Notes under the pieces: generated by a model
Database searches by the model: none
What the model saw: only the letters and a program-made list of their open reading frames with translations
What the model was told of the DNA's origin: nothing
Shown: positions 1-8,396 of the stretch, piece after piece
Layout of the letters: every line of letters starts with the position of its first letter
Position numbering within the stretch: position 1 is the stretch's first letter
Source: a virus
Taxonomy: Duplodnaviria > Caudoviricetes
Virus record (IMG/VR): IMGVR_UViG_3300014326_000001
Location: 9,088-73,087 of that record
Direction: 5' to 3' (one strand)
Length of the DNA stretch: 64,000 nt
Position numbers and translations under genes: made by a program

Positions 1-24
1 GCTGCTCATTCGCTAACGCGGGAC

Positions 25-378
25 GTGTTTATGACCGCGCTGGAGGCGTTTGAAGACGCTACCTGCGATGCGGGCAACCCTGACTACCATATTAGCAAGA
101 AACGCGCTTTAGCGGTCTATCTTGAGCAATTATTCTGCCATCCTGAGACCGACCACCTACAAAGAGAAGAGATAGCACGACTACGAGCAAGCGAGGATTT
201 TCAATACAAAGAAATCGCACAACTGCGGAAGGCGGCAAGCATCCTTATTACCAACGCGGAGTTGATTGACGATCCACGAAACGACGGCGCTACCGAGCGC
301 GATTGCTACGCGGTCGCACTGAACGACTTGGAGTCTCTTCGCGCTGCCCTTAATCCAATACAGGAGAGTGGAAAATGA
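25..378 (+). CDS. hypothetical phage early protein
   Basis: 117-aa ORF; stop overlaps next ATG (ATGA), part of a coupled + strand string. Confidence 0.75.
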   Translation: MFMTALEAFEDATCDAGNPDYHISKKRALAVYLEQLFCHPETDHLQREEIARLRASEDFQYKEIAQLRKAASILITNAELIDDPRNDGATERDCYAVALNDLESLRAALNPIQESGK

Positions 379-707
379 GCATTAAAACACTTCTTTGCGG
401 TTGCGTGGTAAGCGGTAATGACGTTGCTCCATGCGGTGAACATGTGGAGAGGTTTCAGGCTGCGAAGACCCTCGCCGCAACAGTTGAAAAATGGTATGCA
501 GGACTAGCTGTAGACGTACATTCAGTGCGTGTGTCGCCGCACGATTTATTTCTAACAGGAGAACTTTGCGCCACTGAAAAAGAAGCGATAGCGGCCAAAC
601 GTAAACTCCATATTACCAGAATGGAAGACGACCGAAGGATTGTCAACGCACTTGATGAACGATTCGACGCGATTGAGGATGAAGAGATGGCGAAGGGCAA
701 CGCATGA
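375..707 (+). CDS. hypothetical protein
   Basis: ATGA coupling at both ends; upstream GGAGAGTGG. Confidence 0.75.
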   Translation: MSIKTLLCGCVVSGNDVAPCGEHVERFQAAKTLAATVEKWYAGLAVDVHSVRVSPHDLFLTGELCATEKEAIAAKRKLHITRMEDDRRIVNALDERFDAIEDEEMAKGNA

Positions 708-898
708 ACAAAGAACCATCAATAGGGACGGTCATTGCTTGCGTTGACAGCAACGGTAAAGACTGCACGGCAACTTACATGGGCGACGGCAAGTGGGAAA
801 TTACCCGTGACGGGAAAGTATACGGGCAAGCCGAAATGAGTTGGACTGAGTGGGTAGCCGCAAGCTGGCAGACTGAGATGGCGAAAGGAAGGGAGTAG
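704..898 (+). CDS. hypothetical protein
   Basis: Coupled 64-aa ORF; ends EMAKGRE, echoing EMAKGNA of the previous gene. Confidence 0.7.
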   Translation: MNKEPSIGTVIACVDSNGKDCTATYMGDGKWEITRDGKVYGQAEMSWTEWVAASWQTEMAKGRE

Positions 899-900
899 AG

Positions 901-1269
901 ATGACGAAGAAGAACATTGAATTATTGAAACGATTGCGAACTCGGTTCCTCAGGATGCGTCATCTTGAACACTTTGACATGACTGAGATAGCAACACGCG
1001 GCGAGTGTGGGGCAGTGATGTGCATTGCAGGCCACGCGCTTGATCTTGCTGGCTACAAGAGGCGTTGGAGCCCCGACTTTGGCGAATATCGTTTCCTTTC
1101 GCCAGACGGAAGCAAGGTATACGACCCGCTGAACACCGCGCAACGAGAACTTGGCCTAGATCGAGACGAAGCTCAAGGCGCACATGGTCTATTTTTTAAT
1201 TGGAAACTCAAAACGCCAAAGGACGCCGCCGAAGCAATCGACAAAATCATTCAAGGTGCTGCCCAATGA
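901..1269 (+). CDS. hypothetical protein
   Basis: AAGGGAG RBS, 122 aa, CIAGHA motif typical of small phage proteins. Confidence 0.75.
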   Translation: MTKKNIELLKRLRTRFLRMRHLEHFDMTEIATRGECGAVMCIAGHALDLAGYKRRWSPDFGEYRFLSPDGSKVYDPLNTAQRELGLDRDEAQGAHGLFFNWKLKTPKDAAEAIDKIIQGAAQ

Positions 1270-1550
1270 TCAACCTCGAAACCCAACTAACTCACGCCAA
1301 GTTTGACCCTTCAATCAGCCGTACCCATATTCACATGAATACAGTAGATGAAGGCTATCATCGTTCAGTAAGAGCAGAGTTGTATTGCTTGATGCGGGGA
1401 GATTACCAAGCTGCCGGAATAATCAAATACCGAAGAACGCCCCCAAGGGAAGATGGGTGCATACCGTGTTGCCAGTGTGGTGAATTAACGAAATGGGACG
1501 TGACTTATCAAGACCTTTGTTTTCGGTGTATTCGCGCTGACAATGAATAA
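1266..1550 (+). CDS. hypothetical protein with C-terminal Zn-ribbon
   Basis: ATG at 1266 overlaps previous stop; CCQC...CFRC. Confidence 0.65.
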   Translation: MINLETQLTHAKFDPSISRTHIHMNTVDEGYHRSVRAELYCLMRGDYQAAGIIKYRRTPPREDGCIPCCQCGELTKWDVTYQDLCFRCIRADNE

Positions 1551-1648
1551 GACTCCCAAACAGAAAAGTTTTTAGCCCCAAAGGAGACCGAAGTAATGAA
1601 ACAGGAAATTCAAGGTGGTGAAGGCAAAGAACTTCGTTACGAAACTTA

Positions 1649-2152
1649 GTGAACTCTCCGAGCCGCGCAAGGCGTCGGACTAGAAACAGGGTAGCTTTTA
1701 TGACAGGCGCATCGAATCCAAACTTTAAGCACGGGCTTTGGAGCCATCCGCTATATCGAACGTGGCGAGGCATGATGGCTCGTTGCTACAACGTCGCTAG
1801 TCACGGCTACCCCTACTACGGAGCATGCGGCGTCACAGTTTGTAAGCGGTGGCACGACGTGAGGTTGTTCATCGCTGATATGCCCGCTCGGCCTTCCGCC
1901 AAGCACACACTTGATCGTTACCCAGACAGGACGGGAAACTACGAACCAACCAACGTCCGTTGGGCTACATGGAAAGAGCAAAACCTTAACCGCAAACCTC
2001 GGAAACGCCACTTGCGCGGGACTCGCTGTAGGCGCGGCCACCAATACACGGAAGAAAATACGGGCATCAAATCAACGGGCGCGAGATATTGCCGGACGTG
2101 TTACCGCGCCAATCAACGAACAAGATACAAACAGCAGACAATTCAAACTTGA
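1649..2152 (+). CDS. HNH homing endonuclease-like protein with C-terminal Zn finger
   Basis: HPLYRTWRGMMARC...YGACGVTVCKRW...TLDR...GNYEPTNVRWAT and CRRGH...YCRTC; real start may be ATG 1700. Confidence 0.85.
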   Translation: MNSPSRARRRTRNRVAFMTGASNPNFKHGLWSHPLYRTWRGMMARCYNVASHGYPYYGACGVTVCKRWHDVRLFIADMPARPSAKHTLDRYPDRTGNYEPTNVRWATWKEQNLNRKPRKRHLRGTRCRRGHQYTEENTGIKSTGARYCRTCYRANQRTRYKQQTIQT

Positions 2153-2165
2153 AAGGTGATGAATC

Positions 2166-2819
2166 ATGGCACTAGGAAACGGAAAACCAAATTACAAACG
2201 ACACGATGACGACGAATGGATTGATGAGATTCGCCTTGTCACCGTGCCGCGTTACAAAACGTCAGGGATGAGCGGCGACGAGTGGCGGTTCTCTGCCAAG
2301 GTTCAACTCTTGCGAAAAGGGCACATTCTCTTTGAGCGTTCTTTTAGCAAGCTACACTACGCCATAGATTTCCTTCCCGCAATTCAACACGAGTTTGCTG
2401 ATCAGGGACGAGCGGATCGAGACGTGGACGACCGCCCCGTTGACTTTGATCGCTATTGCTTTAATCCCGGATGTCGAGAAGACGGCGTGGTTGAATATCA
2501 GCTAATCGATCAGTTTTCCAGACCCTATGGCGACAAATTGCCAAAGAAGCCGTACCTCGGCGAGTACCGCCGACGATTCTGTGAAGCCCACGCAATGCGC
2601 GGCGACTGTGGCCTTGAGGATGCGGACTCCAACTACACGTTGATTTCCGCGCCGCCGGGATGGAAAGGAAACGCTGATTTAGGCGCAAAGGCGGCTGAGA
2701 GTCCGAGTGCGCAGATGAACGTTGCAATTAACAGCCTTGGCGATTTACCTGCCGCGATTGAGCGGGCACGAAAGGATCACGATGAAAACAAAGGAACGAC
2801 TGACGCAGGCGCTTGCTGA
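2166..2819 (+). CDS. hypothetical protein
   Basis: 217-aa ORF with AAGGTGA RBS. Confidence 0.8.
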   Translation: MALGNGKPNYKRHDDDEWIDEIRLVTVPRYKTSGMSGDEWRFSAKVQLLRKGHILFERSFSKLHYAIDFLPAIQHEFADQGRADRDVDDRPVDFDRYCFNPGCREDGVVEYQLIDQFSRPYGDKLPKKPYLGEYRRRFCEAHAMRGDCGLEDADSNYTLISAPPGWKGNADLGAKAAESPSAQMNVAINSLGDLPAAIERARKDHDENKGTTDAGAC

Positions 2820-3036
2820 ATCTAGCGCACCGGAATGGATGATTAAGAACGCCATCAACGGACAGTACGACGATTTCGAGTCACAACATCCGACGCCGAT
2901 AAGCCTGCTCGTGGCCGATTGCCGCGCCAATGGATTGGACGCCATTGCGGCACGGGCTATTGACGGAGACTTTGATGCAAGCAAAGAAGAGTCTGACGCG
3001 TGGTTTGAAAGCGAAGGCAAGGACCTACTTGCATAG
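2782..3036 (+). CDS. hypothetical protein
   Basis: GAAAGGA RBS before ATG 2782. Confidence 0.75.
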   Translation: MKTKERLTQALAESSAPEWMIKNAINGQYDDFESQHPTPISLLVADCRANGLDAIAARAIDGDFDASKEESDAWFESEGKDLLA

Positions 3037-3039
3037 CCT

Positions 3040-3110
3040 TCAACTTACCAACACGCGAGCCGCAGCGAGCGGTACAGCCGAGCAGGTTAAGTAGTGAGTT
3101 CTGTTCTGCA
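3040..3110. repeat. attC-like palindromic element, copy A (forward)
   Basis: Aligns end to end with copy C (TCAAC.TACCAACAC..GCGA...GGTACA.CC.AGC...AGTA.TGAG); starts just after TAG 3036. Confidence 0.7.
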
Positions 3111-3147
3111 CGTCCCCCAACTGATTTGTTTACCAAGGAGAACGAGT

Positions 3148-3480
3148 GTGAGTGAGCCTCAATTTGACTTTGAGTTTGCCATTACCCCTCGGGTCGCAAA
3201 AAGTGGCAGCGCATGTGGATTGGAAGCTGTTTTTGGATCGCTAACCTACGAGGCGTTGGAGTTCCACGGAAGCGATACTTCGCGCCGCTTTCGCCGACGT
3301 TGGACTGACCGGCAATTTCACGCTGCCATTCAGGACGTTTGGAATCACGGCTATCGCATCGTATCAGTGTTGAAAAACCGCGCACCGGAGCCGGGGACAA
3401 CGCCCGAGTTCCGCATAGAGAATTCCAACCTGTACGAAGGCCACGGGTCAGATATGAAAATCAAGGGGCAACTCCCATGA
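3148..3480 (+). CDS. hypothetical protein
   Basis: AAGGAG RBS, GTG start; 3' end contains a decayed repeat copy. Confidence 0.7.
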   Translation: MSEPQFDFEFAITPRVAKSGSACGLEAVFGSLTYEALEFHGSDTSRRFRRRWTDRQFHAAIQDVWNHGYRIVSVLKNRAPEPGTTPEFRIENSNLYEGHGSDMKIKGQLP

Positions 3481-3992
3481 CTGATCTATCCGTTAGTGAA
3501 GTAGAAGCGATGCTGGCGAAACTGACCGCACAGGGCGTATGGCATCCCTATGATCGAGGCATTGGGTGGGAAGCTCACCGCGAGGCTACCTGTGTCCCTG
3601 AGTGCCTAGAACTCAACATGCAGGACAAGGAAACGTTCAAGCAGGCTGATGCCGAGTTCATCGCCGCCGCCCCTCAGATAGCTAAACAGTACCTTGAGGT
3701 AGTCAAAGAGAACAGCGATCTGCGGCTGGGTGGGCCATGCACCTACAAAACAGTGATCGAGAGCATGGAGATGCTGGAAGCCGCCGGAATGGGTACAGAG
3801 GGCAAACCGAACACGCTTTGGGCTATGACACAGGAGGCTATTGAACAACTCGCCGCCCTCCGCAAAGAAAGAGATCGATTAGTGTCTACGCTGGAAGGTC
3901 GCGCTGAAGAAGAAATGAAAATGCTTGCTGAGGTCGCCGCTGAAAACGACGAATTGCGCGCAGAGCTAGAACGGCTGAAAGGGGAGAAATGA
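3477..3992 (+). CDS. hypothetical protein with C-terminal coiled coil
   Basis: ATGA overlap; ADAEFIAAAP motif common in phage early (Ead/Ea22-like) proteins. Confidence 0.75.
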   Translation: MTDLSVSEVEAMLAKLTAQGVWHPYDRGIGWEAHREATCVPECLELNMQDKETFKQADAEFIAAAPQIAKQYLEVVKENSDLRLGGPCTYKTVIESMEMLEAAGMGTEGKPNTLWAMTQEAIEQLAALRKERDRLVSTLEGRAEEEMKMLAEVAAENDELRAELERLKGEK

Positions 3993-4678
3993 AAACTAAG
4001 AATCCAGAACAGAAGGGTAAGGCTAAAACTGCACCGAGCCTCTCAACAGTTGTGGAGAGCGGCGAAGCGCACGCAGTAGCGGGCTTGGCGGTGTGCCCAT
4101 TCTGCGGAGTCAAAGCAGAGGAATCAGCGCGACCGCATTGGATTCACATCATGCATTTACATGACTGCTTTATCGCGCTTCTCGCCCAGCGGGACATGTA
4201 CATCCCGCGTGACGAATGGTTGGCAGCGTGGAACACCCGAGTAGTAAGTGGTCTTCCAGCGTGGCAACCGATTGGGGCGGGACTACCAAAGGCGGGAGTC
4301 CCTGTACTGGCGTTCTTCCGCTATGCCTCAACGGGCAAAGGTCGCGTGGTTCGCGCCATGTACGCGCCAAGCCTGACTCTCACAGAAGAAGATTGGGGAG
4401 ATTTTCAAAGCGGCGCGGATTACGACGAAGCAACTGACGCGACCTATTGGCCGGAAGGTTGGTACGAAAGGAATGAATACGAAGAAACGAACTGGAGGCT
4501 ATCGGAAGACGTGACGCACTGGATGCCGCTCCCTGCGCACCCGATCACACAAGCTGAGGGTGGGTCTCCATCTCAGGACGTACCCGAATCGCTCGCTCCT
4601 GAAACTGAGTCTGTTTCTTCTGCTGAATCTATGCGTACTGCAGAAGTAAGTCAGGGAGAGGAAACAGAAAATCTTTAG
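3989..4678 (+). CDS. Lar-like (restriction alleviation) Zn-ribbon plus DUF551 mosaic protein
   Basis: CPFCG...AAWNTR and W.PI...LP...VTHWMPLP motifs. Confidence 0.75.
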   Translation: MKTKNPEQKGKAKTAPSLSTVVESGEAHAVAGLAVCPFCGVKAEESARPHWIHIMHLHDCFIALLAQRDMYIPRDEWLAAWNTRVVSGLPAWQPIGAGLPKAGVPVLAFFRYASTGKGRVVRAMYAPSLTLTEEDWGDFQSGADYDEATDATYWPEGWYERNEYEETNWRLSEDVTHWMPLPAHPITQAEGGSPSQDVPESLAPETESVSSAESMRTAEVSQGEETENL

Positions 4679-4743
4679 GTTAATGGGAACCAACTGCACC
4701 ATGGCTTTTAACGGTTGTTATTCTGAAATCATTTTGGAGGTGA

Positions 4744-5121
4744 GTGGTTGTGAAGCTAAATCGCAAGAGCGTGTTCGCAAGGTTCTACCTGTTGGCTGGC
4801 GATGAGTGGAATTTGCCAGAGGACTTTTGCTCCTTCTTTTGGGGGTTAGTTGAACGCGCCCTAAAAGTAATCATCTTTGTTGCGGTATGCCTATTCATTA
4901 TCTGCTTCTTTGTTTACGGGGTTATTCACGTCGTCATGGCGGGATGGAGACACCCGACGATCTCCGCGACCGCCCTAGCGTCTGCATTCGTCATCGCCGG
5001 AGGGTTCTGGCTGGCTTACCGCCGAGGCGTAGCGAGCGCCGCGAGCGACTTACTGAAAATTGTAAACACGAAGATCGACTCAGTCAGAAATCGCTACTGC
5101 CTCCGAATAGAGTGGCACTAG
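4744..5121 (+). CDS. membrane protein (two TM helices)
   Basis: GGAGG RBS; two hydrophobic stretches; start may be GTG 4750. Confidence 0.75.
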   Translation: MVVKLNRKSVFARFYLLAGDEWNLPEDFCSFFWGLVERALKVIIFVAVCLFIICFFVYGVIHVVMAGWRHPTISATALASAFVIAGGFWLAYRRGVASAASDLLKIVNTKIDSVRNRYCLRIEWH

Positions 5122-5123
5122 CG

Positions 5124-5190
5124 TCAACGTACCAACACCGCGAAGCGGGTACAACCTAGCCCGATTCAGTAATGAGGGTTGTGCAGCATT
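5124..5190. repeat. attC-like palindromic element, copy C (forward)
   Basis: TCAAC...CCGCGAAGCGGG...CCTAGCCCGATT...TAATGAGGGTTGTGCAGCATT, just after TAG 5121. Confidence 0.8.
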
Positions 5191-5236
5191 GATCGACGTT
5201 TCAGTTCTTGGATTTATTCTTGAGAGGGAGAAAGAA

Positions 5237-5659
5237 ATGGATAACAAAACTACAGACTTAAAAGGTGATGAGGAACAAAACCCAGCTTCTCCATCTGCTG
5301 AATCACGAGCCACTGGTGCGTTGAGTGCTGCCCTTGACCGCCTTATGGCCGTGTTCAATGAAGCGTCTGACGAGCGATACGAGAACCTAAAAGAATGGGA
5401 GAATCTCGGTCGGCGTTGGCAGAGCGAAGGAGACGGGTACGGCTACAACTTTCATCAAGGAATGGCCGCTGGCGCAAACTGGTGCGATATTTATTACCGC
5501 CGCGTGGGGCGAGAAATAGAAGCGATCCGCAAGGAGTTCACTCAAGCTACAGCGTCACCCGCTTCGGGTGCGCCTCTCTCCAGAGAGGGAGGGCAAGGGC
5601 AATACTGTGAACACCATACTTACCGTTCACTGTGTCCAGCGTGCAGCGGGTTGAGCTAA
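5237..5659 (+). CDS. hypothetical protein flanked internally by repeat copies
   Basis: GAGGGAG RBS before ATG 5237 (frame open from TTG 5189). Confidence 0.75.
   Translation: MDNKTTDLKGDEEQNPASPSAESRATGALSAALDRLMAVFNEASDERYENLKEWENLGRRWQSEGDGYGYNFHQGMAAGANWCDIYYRRVGREIEAIRKEFTQATASPASGAPLSREGGQGQYCEHHTYRSLCPACSGLS
5539..5593. repeat. attC-like element, copy L (in frame inside CDS)
   Basis: CACTCAA...GCGTC-ACCCG CTT CGGGT-GCGCCTCTCTC aligns with copy I at 63278. Confidence 0.75.
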
Positions 5660-5667
5660 GAAACGTG

Positions 5668-5757
5668 ATGACTATTAAAGGCGAATCGTTTGGACGCGGT
5701 GACGTAATCTTCGTTGTGGTTATTTTGATTCTGATCGCGCTCGCCCAAAGATGCTAA
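5668..5757 (+). CDS. 29-aa membrane peptide
   Basis: MTIKGESFGRGDVIFVVVILILIALAQRC read by hand; below ORF-track cutoff. Confidence 0.5.
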   Translation: MTIKGESFGRGDVIFVVVILILIALAQRC

Positions 5758-5760
5758 AGC

Positions 5761-5826
5761 TTCCAACGCACCGGAAGCGGGAAGCGGAGACCTAGCCCGA
5801 TCAAATTGAGAGTATTGTGCAGCATG
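5761..5826. repeat. attC-like element, copy D (forward)
   Basis: CCAACGCACCGGAAGCGGG...CCTAGCCCGATC...TGAG...TTGTGCAGCATG; final ATG starts the next gene. Confidence 0.8.
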
Positions 5827-5961
5827 AATAAGAAACGCCTGATCCCCTTTGTCATCTTCTTACTATTGTTCTACTTCTATTACGTAATGGAACAACCAGT
5901 AGATATTTGTCCAGTAGAGTTAAAATCAGTTGAAGTTAAAGACGATCTGAGCAGGTATTGA
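5824..5961 (+). CDS. 45-aa membrane-anchored peptide
   Basis: MNKKRLIPFVIFLLLFYFYYVMEQPVDICPVELKSVEVKDDLSRY read by hand. Confidence 0.6.
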   Translation: MNKKRLIPFVIFLLLFYFYYVMEQPVDICPVELKSVEVKDDLSRY

Positions 5962-6035
5962 AATGCAGCAAAAAGCTCCTAGCTGCCCCCACCGTTTGAG
6001 AAAGCCCCGCTTCGCGGAGGCAGAAAGTTGAGAGG
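5962..6035. repeat. attC-like element, copy J (inverted)
   Basis: Reverse complement reads CTCTCAAC...CCGCGAAGCGGG...TGCTGCATT, matching copy C. Confidence 0.7.
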
Positions 6036-6037
6036 TT

Positions 6038-6301
6038 ATGAATCTTAGCGTTAAAACATGCGAGCTACTTACAGTGGAGAATGCGCTCACGCAGTCAGAG
6101 CGCGAGGCCATTTCAGGACGACCACAAACCTTAATCGCCGGAGATACAGGGAGCATTTTTATCGGTTGCAAGGGCGACTTGGTAAAGTTCCGCGAGCGCG
6201 TAGGAATAGCAATTTGCATGGTTCGTGCGGCGTGGTTTCTCGTGCTACACGGATTTACTAGCATTTCGTTCACGAAAAAGACAGACGGAAAACTCCAATG
6301 A
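6038..6301 (+). CDS. hypothetical protein
   Basis: GAGAGG RBS supplied by the end of repeat J. Confidence 0.65.
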   Translation: MNLSVKTCELLTVENALTQSEREAISGRPQTLIAGDTGSIFIGCKGDLVKFRERVGIAICMVRAAWFLVLHGFTSISFTKKTDGKLQ

Positions 6302-6549
6302 TTAAACTATCAGACAACGAAATCATTCATGAAAGCCCTACAGCACGAGAAATCGCGCGGGAGGCTGTACGGGTTAGCCGGAGCAGGAAAAAGGCTCTCA
6401 AGGGCATTTACGGCGCAGTACGAGCAGCCACAATCAGAGAATCAACCCGCCCCCGCTACCTTCCGCATGGTGCGTTCCAATTTTGGTGGGAGCAAGATGT
6501 TATCCGTCCTCGCGTTGGCGCTATCGAAGCAAGCCTTTACCCAAAATAA
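6298..6549 (+). CDS. hypothetical protein
   Basis: ATGA overlap, 83 aa. Confidence 0.7.
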   Translation: MIKLSDNEIIHESPTAREIAREAVRVSRSRKKALKGIYGAVRAATIRESTRPRYLPHGAFQFWWEQDVIRPRVGAIEASLYPK

Positions 6550-6554
6550 AGATA

Positions 6555-6583
6555 TTGACAAGCGGTGTTGACGTTGATAGGAT
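6555..6583 (+). promoter_or_regulatory. sigma70-type promoter (probably leaderless)
   Basis: TTGACA-N17-TAGGAT, 8 nt before ATG 6592. Confidence 0.65.
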
Positions 6584-6591
6584 ATAGCGTC

Positions 6592-6768
6592 ATGGAAGAG
6601 AAAACGTTATCACGGCAGAGGCGGTGGGCGATTAAGAACCAAGCCAAAGGCCGTTGTCCTATCTGTGGAAAGAAGTGCGCCCCTGCTTTCAGGTGTAAGA
6701 AACACGCTAAGGCGCAAAAGAAGATTAACCAAGAGTATCGTCAGAAGTTGAAGGAAGGTAAGGGATGA
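6592..6768 (+). CDS. small basic Zn-finger protein
   Basis: CPICG...C..H, K/R-rich. Confidence 0.7.
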   Translation: MEEKTLSRQRRWAIKNQAKGRCPICGKKCAPAFRCKKHAKAQKKINQEYRQKLKEGKG

Positions 6769-6989
6769 ACAACGCGCTATTTAGAATCTGTCTCTTCCTG
6801 AAGTGGGCGACTGCGATGGTCAGCGGCAGTTTGGTGGCGCTCATTGCGGTTCACTTTGGCCGTAACGCTTGCTTCTTGGCAGCTGGCGCGACTCTGAGCG
6901 GACTTCTTGGCGGGGCGTGCTGTGTCTTAAAAGCGGCAATTCACGTCTACGGCGACCCTGAATGGATAAAGAGTCTACGCGAGGAATGA
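6765..6989 (+). CDS. small membrane protein
   Basis: ATGA overlap; two hydrophobic segments. Confidence 0.65.
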   Translation: MNNALFRICLFLKWATAMVSGSLVALIAVHFGRNACFLAAGATLSGLLGGACCVLKAAIHVYGDPEWIKSLREE

Positions 6990-6992
6990 ATC

Positions 6993-7256
6993 GTGGGTGA
7001 ATCAAAATCCATAATCCTTGAAGCAGAAGTTCATTCCTTCCCTGCCGATCCGGTCGATGAGCCAATGTGGGGGTATCCTGATGACGAACAGCGCGAACCT
7101 GCTCCTTGTTGTGTAGAGTGTGATTATTCTGATCTACAAGAATGGGAGTGGGAAATGAAGCAAAGAACTCTCGTTGCGGATCAACTAGAACTCTCCGAGC
7201 CGCCGCTTCGCGGTCGGAGTAACTTGAGTGCCCCCGCGCCTTGGGAGCGTTCATGA
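6993..7256 (+). CDS. hypothetical acidic protein
   Basis: 87-aa ORF; last third is read through repeat copy K. Confidence 0.55.
   Translation: MGESKSIILEAEVHSFPADPVDEPMWGYPDDEQREPAPCCVECDYSDLQEWEWEMKQRTLVADQLELSEPPLRGRSNLSAPAPWERS
7150..7232. repeat. attC-like element, copy K (inverted)
   Basis: GGGAAATGAAGCAAAGAACTCTC is 21/23 identical to the reverse complement of 63334-63356; CCGC TTC GCGG hairpin; ends TTGAGTG. Confidence 0.75.
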
Positions 7257-7588
7257 GCGATTTAATAAATATCGAGAAAGAACTTGTGCGCCTCGGCGGT
7301 GCGCTTGATCTTCTGACCACGGATTTTGAGGGTCTGTGCCGCCGCGCCGCCGATGCTCGCTCCGACTACGATATTGCATGGGCAAAAGCGTTACTCAAAT
7401 CGAACGGTAGCGCAAAAGACATAAGAGAATCCGAAGCCGTGCAAGTTGTCGAAACCGAGATGCGCGAAGCTCGCATAGCCGAAGCAATTAGGGATGCTGC
7501 TAAAGAAAGAATTCGCGCTCTTGAGTCGCTGCTCACTGTTCATCAATCCCGCCTTAAATGGCTTGACGAAGGAAAACGATTTGCATGA
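7253..7588 (+). CDS. helical coiled-coil protein, possibly a recombination mediator
   Basis: All-helical 111 aa, directly upstream of the exonuclease; function inferred from context only. Confidence 0.6.
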   Translation: MSDLINIEKELVRLGGALDLLTTDFEGLCRRAADARSDYDIAWAKALLKSNGSAKDIRESEAVQVVETEMREARIAEAIRDAAKERIRALESLLTVHQSRLKWLDEGKRFA

Positions 7589-8367
7589 GCCTCCCTCGCG
7601 TTGAAGAAATCTTATTTGAACATTTGATCGCGGAACGCGAGACGCGAGAACGTGCGCCTTCTCTGTTGCCGGACACGCTTCACGCCAACGCTTCATCTGC
7701 CGGGGGCTGCGCTCGCGCTGTCGGACTGCGCATGGCAAAGCTGGAAGGCGAACCCGTCAGCGCCGACGCTCTGTTCAACTTCTACATCGGGGACGCAATT
7801 CACGACAAGATTCAAGCGGCCATGCTTGCTAAGATTCCCAAGGCAGAGAAAGAAGTTAACGGAGTTATCGAGGACTTCATCACCTGTCGCGCCGATCTAA
7901 AATATCCTGCTGAAGATTCAAAGAGCGTATGCTGCGAAATCAAGTCCACTTCGGACTTCGGATTCAAACTTGCCACTGGCGCAAAGTTGAAATCTAACGG
8001 TCAATGGAACAAGAAAGACCAAAAGGCAGAAGGGCCAAAACGAGAACATATCCTTCAAGTTGGTATCTCTGCCAAGTCTATTGACGCTGACTATCTAGCG
8101 ATTGTTTACGCTCGGAAAACAGCGGCCAAAGATGAACCAATTATACATGAGTGGCGATTCAAAGTGGAGGATTTTGAGGGCGCAATTCAGGATGAAATTG
8201 CGCGGCTAAAACACATTGTCGAACTAGTGCGCGGGGGGCGCATACCGGATCGAGAATATCAAGGGGGAGTAATTGACAACCCAAAAACAGTTCGCTTCCC
8301 GTGTGGTTATTGTCAGTACTTGAAACCATGTCTGACGTTAGGCGCAGGGGAAGTGGAAATCAAATAA
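7585..8367 (+). CDS. Cas4-like PD-(D/E)XK exonuclease
   Basis: N-terminal C-x-R, G-x-x-I-H, RADL...EIKS nuclease motifs and C-terminal CGYCQYLKPC Fe-S cysteines. Confidence 0.8.
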   Translation: MSLPRVEEILFEHLIAERETRERAPSLLPDTLHANASSAGGCARAVGLRMAKLEGEPVSADALFNFYIGDAIHDKIQAAMLAKIPKAEKEVNGVIEDFITCRADLKYPAEDSKSVCCEIKSTSDFGFKLATGAKLKSNGQWNKKDQKAEGPKREHILQVGISAKSIDADYLAIVYARKTAAKDEPIIHEWRFKVEDFEGAIQDEIARLKHIVELVRGGRIPDREYQGGVIDNPKTVRFPCGYCQYLKPCLTLGAGEVEIK

Positions 8368-8396
8368 CAATCTAACCCAAGTAAAGGAACAAACCA

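Noticed and set aside
4690-4756. Additional repeat copy (CCAACTGCACC...GAGTGGTTGTGAAGC)
   Set aside because: Ends resemble the family but the interior does not; not counted as a firm copy.
3040-7232. Repeats plus Cas4-like gene as a CRISPR array
   Set aside because: Copies are degenerate, irregularly spaced, in both orientations and separated by genes; no cas1/cas2.
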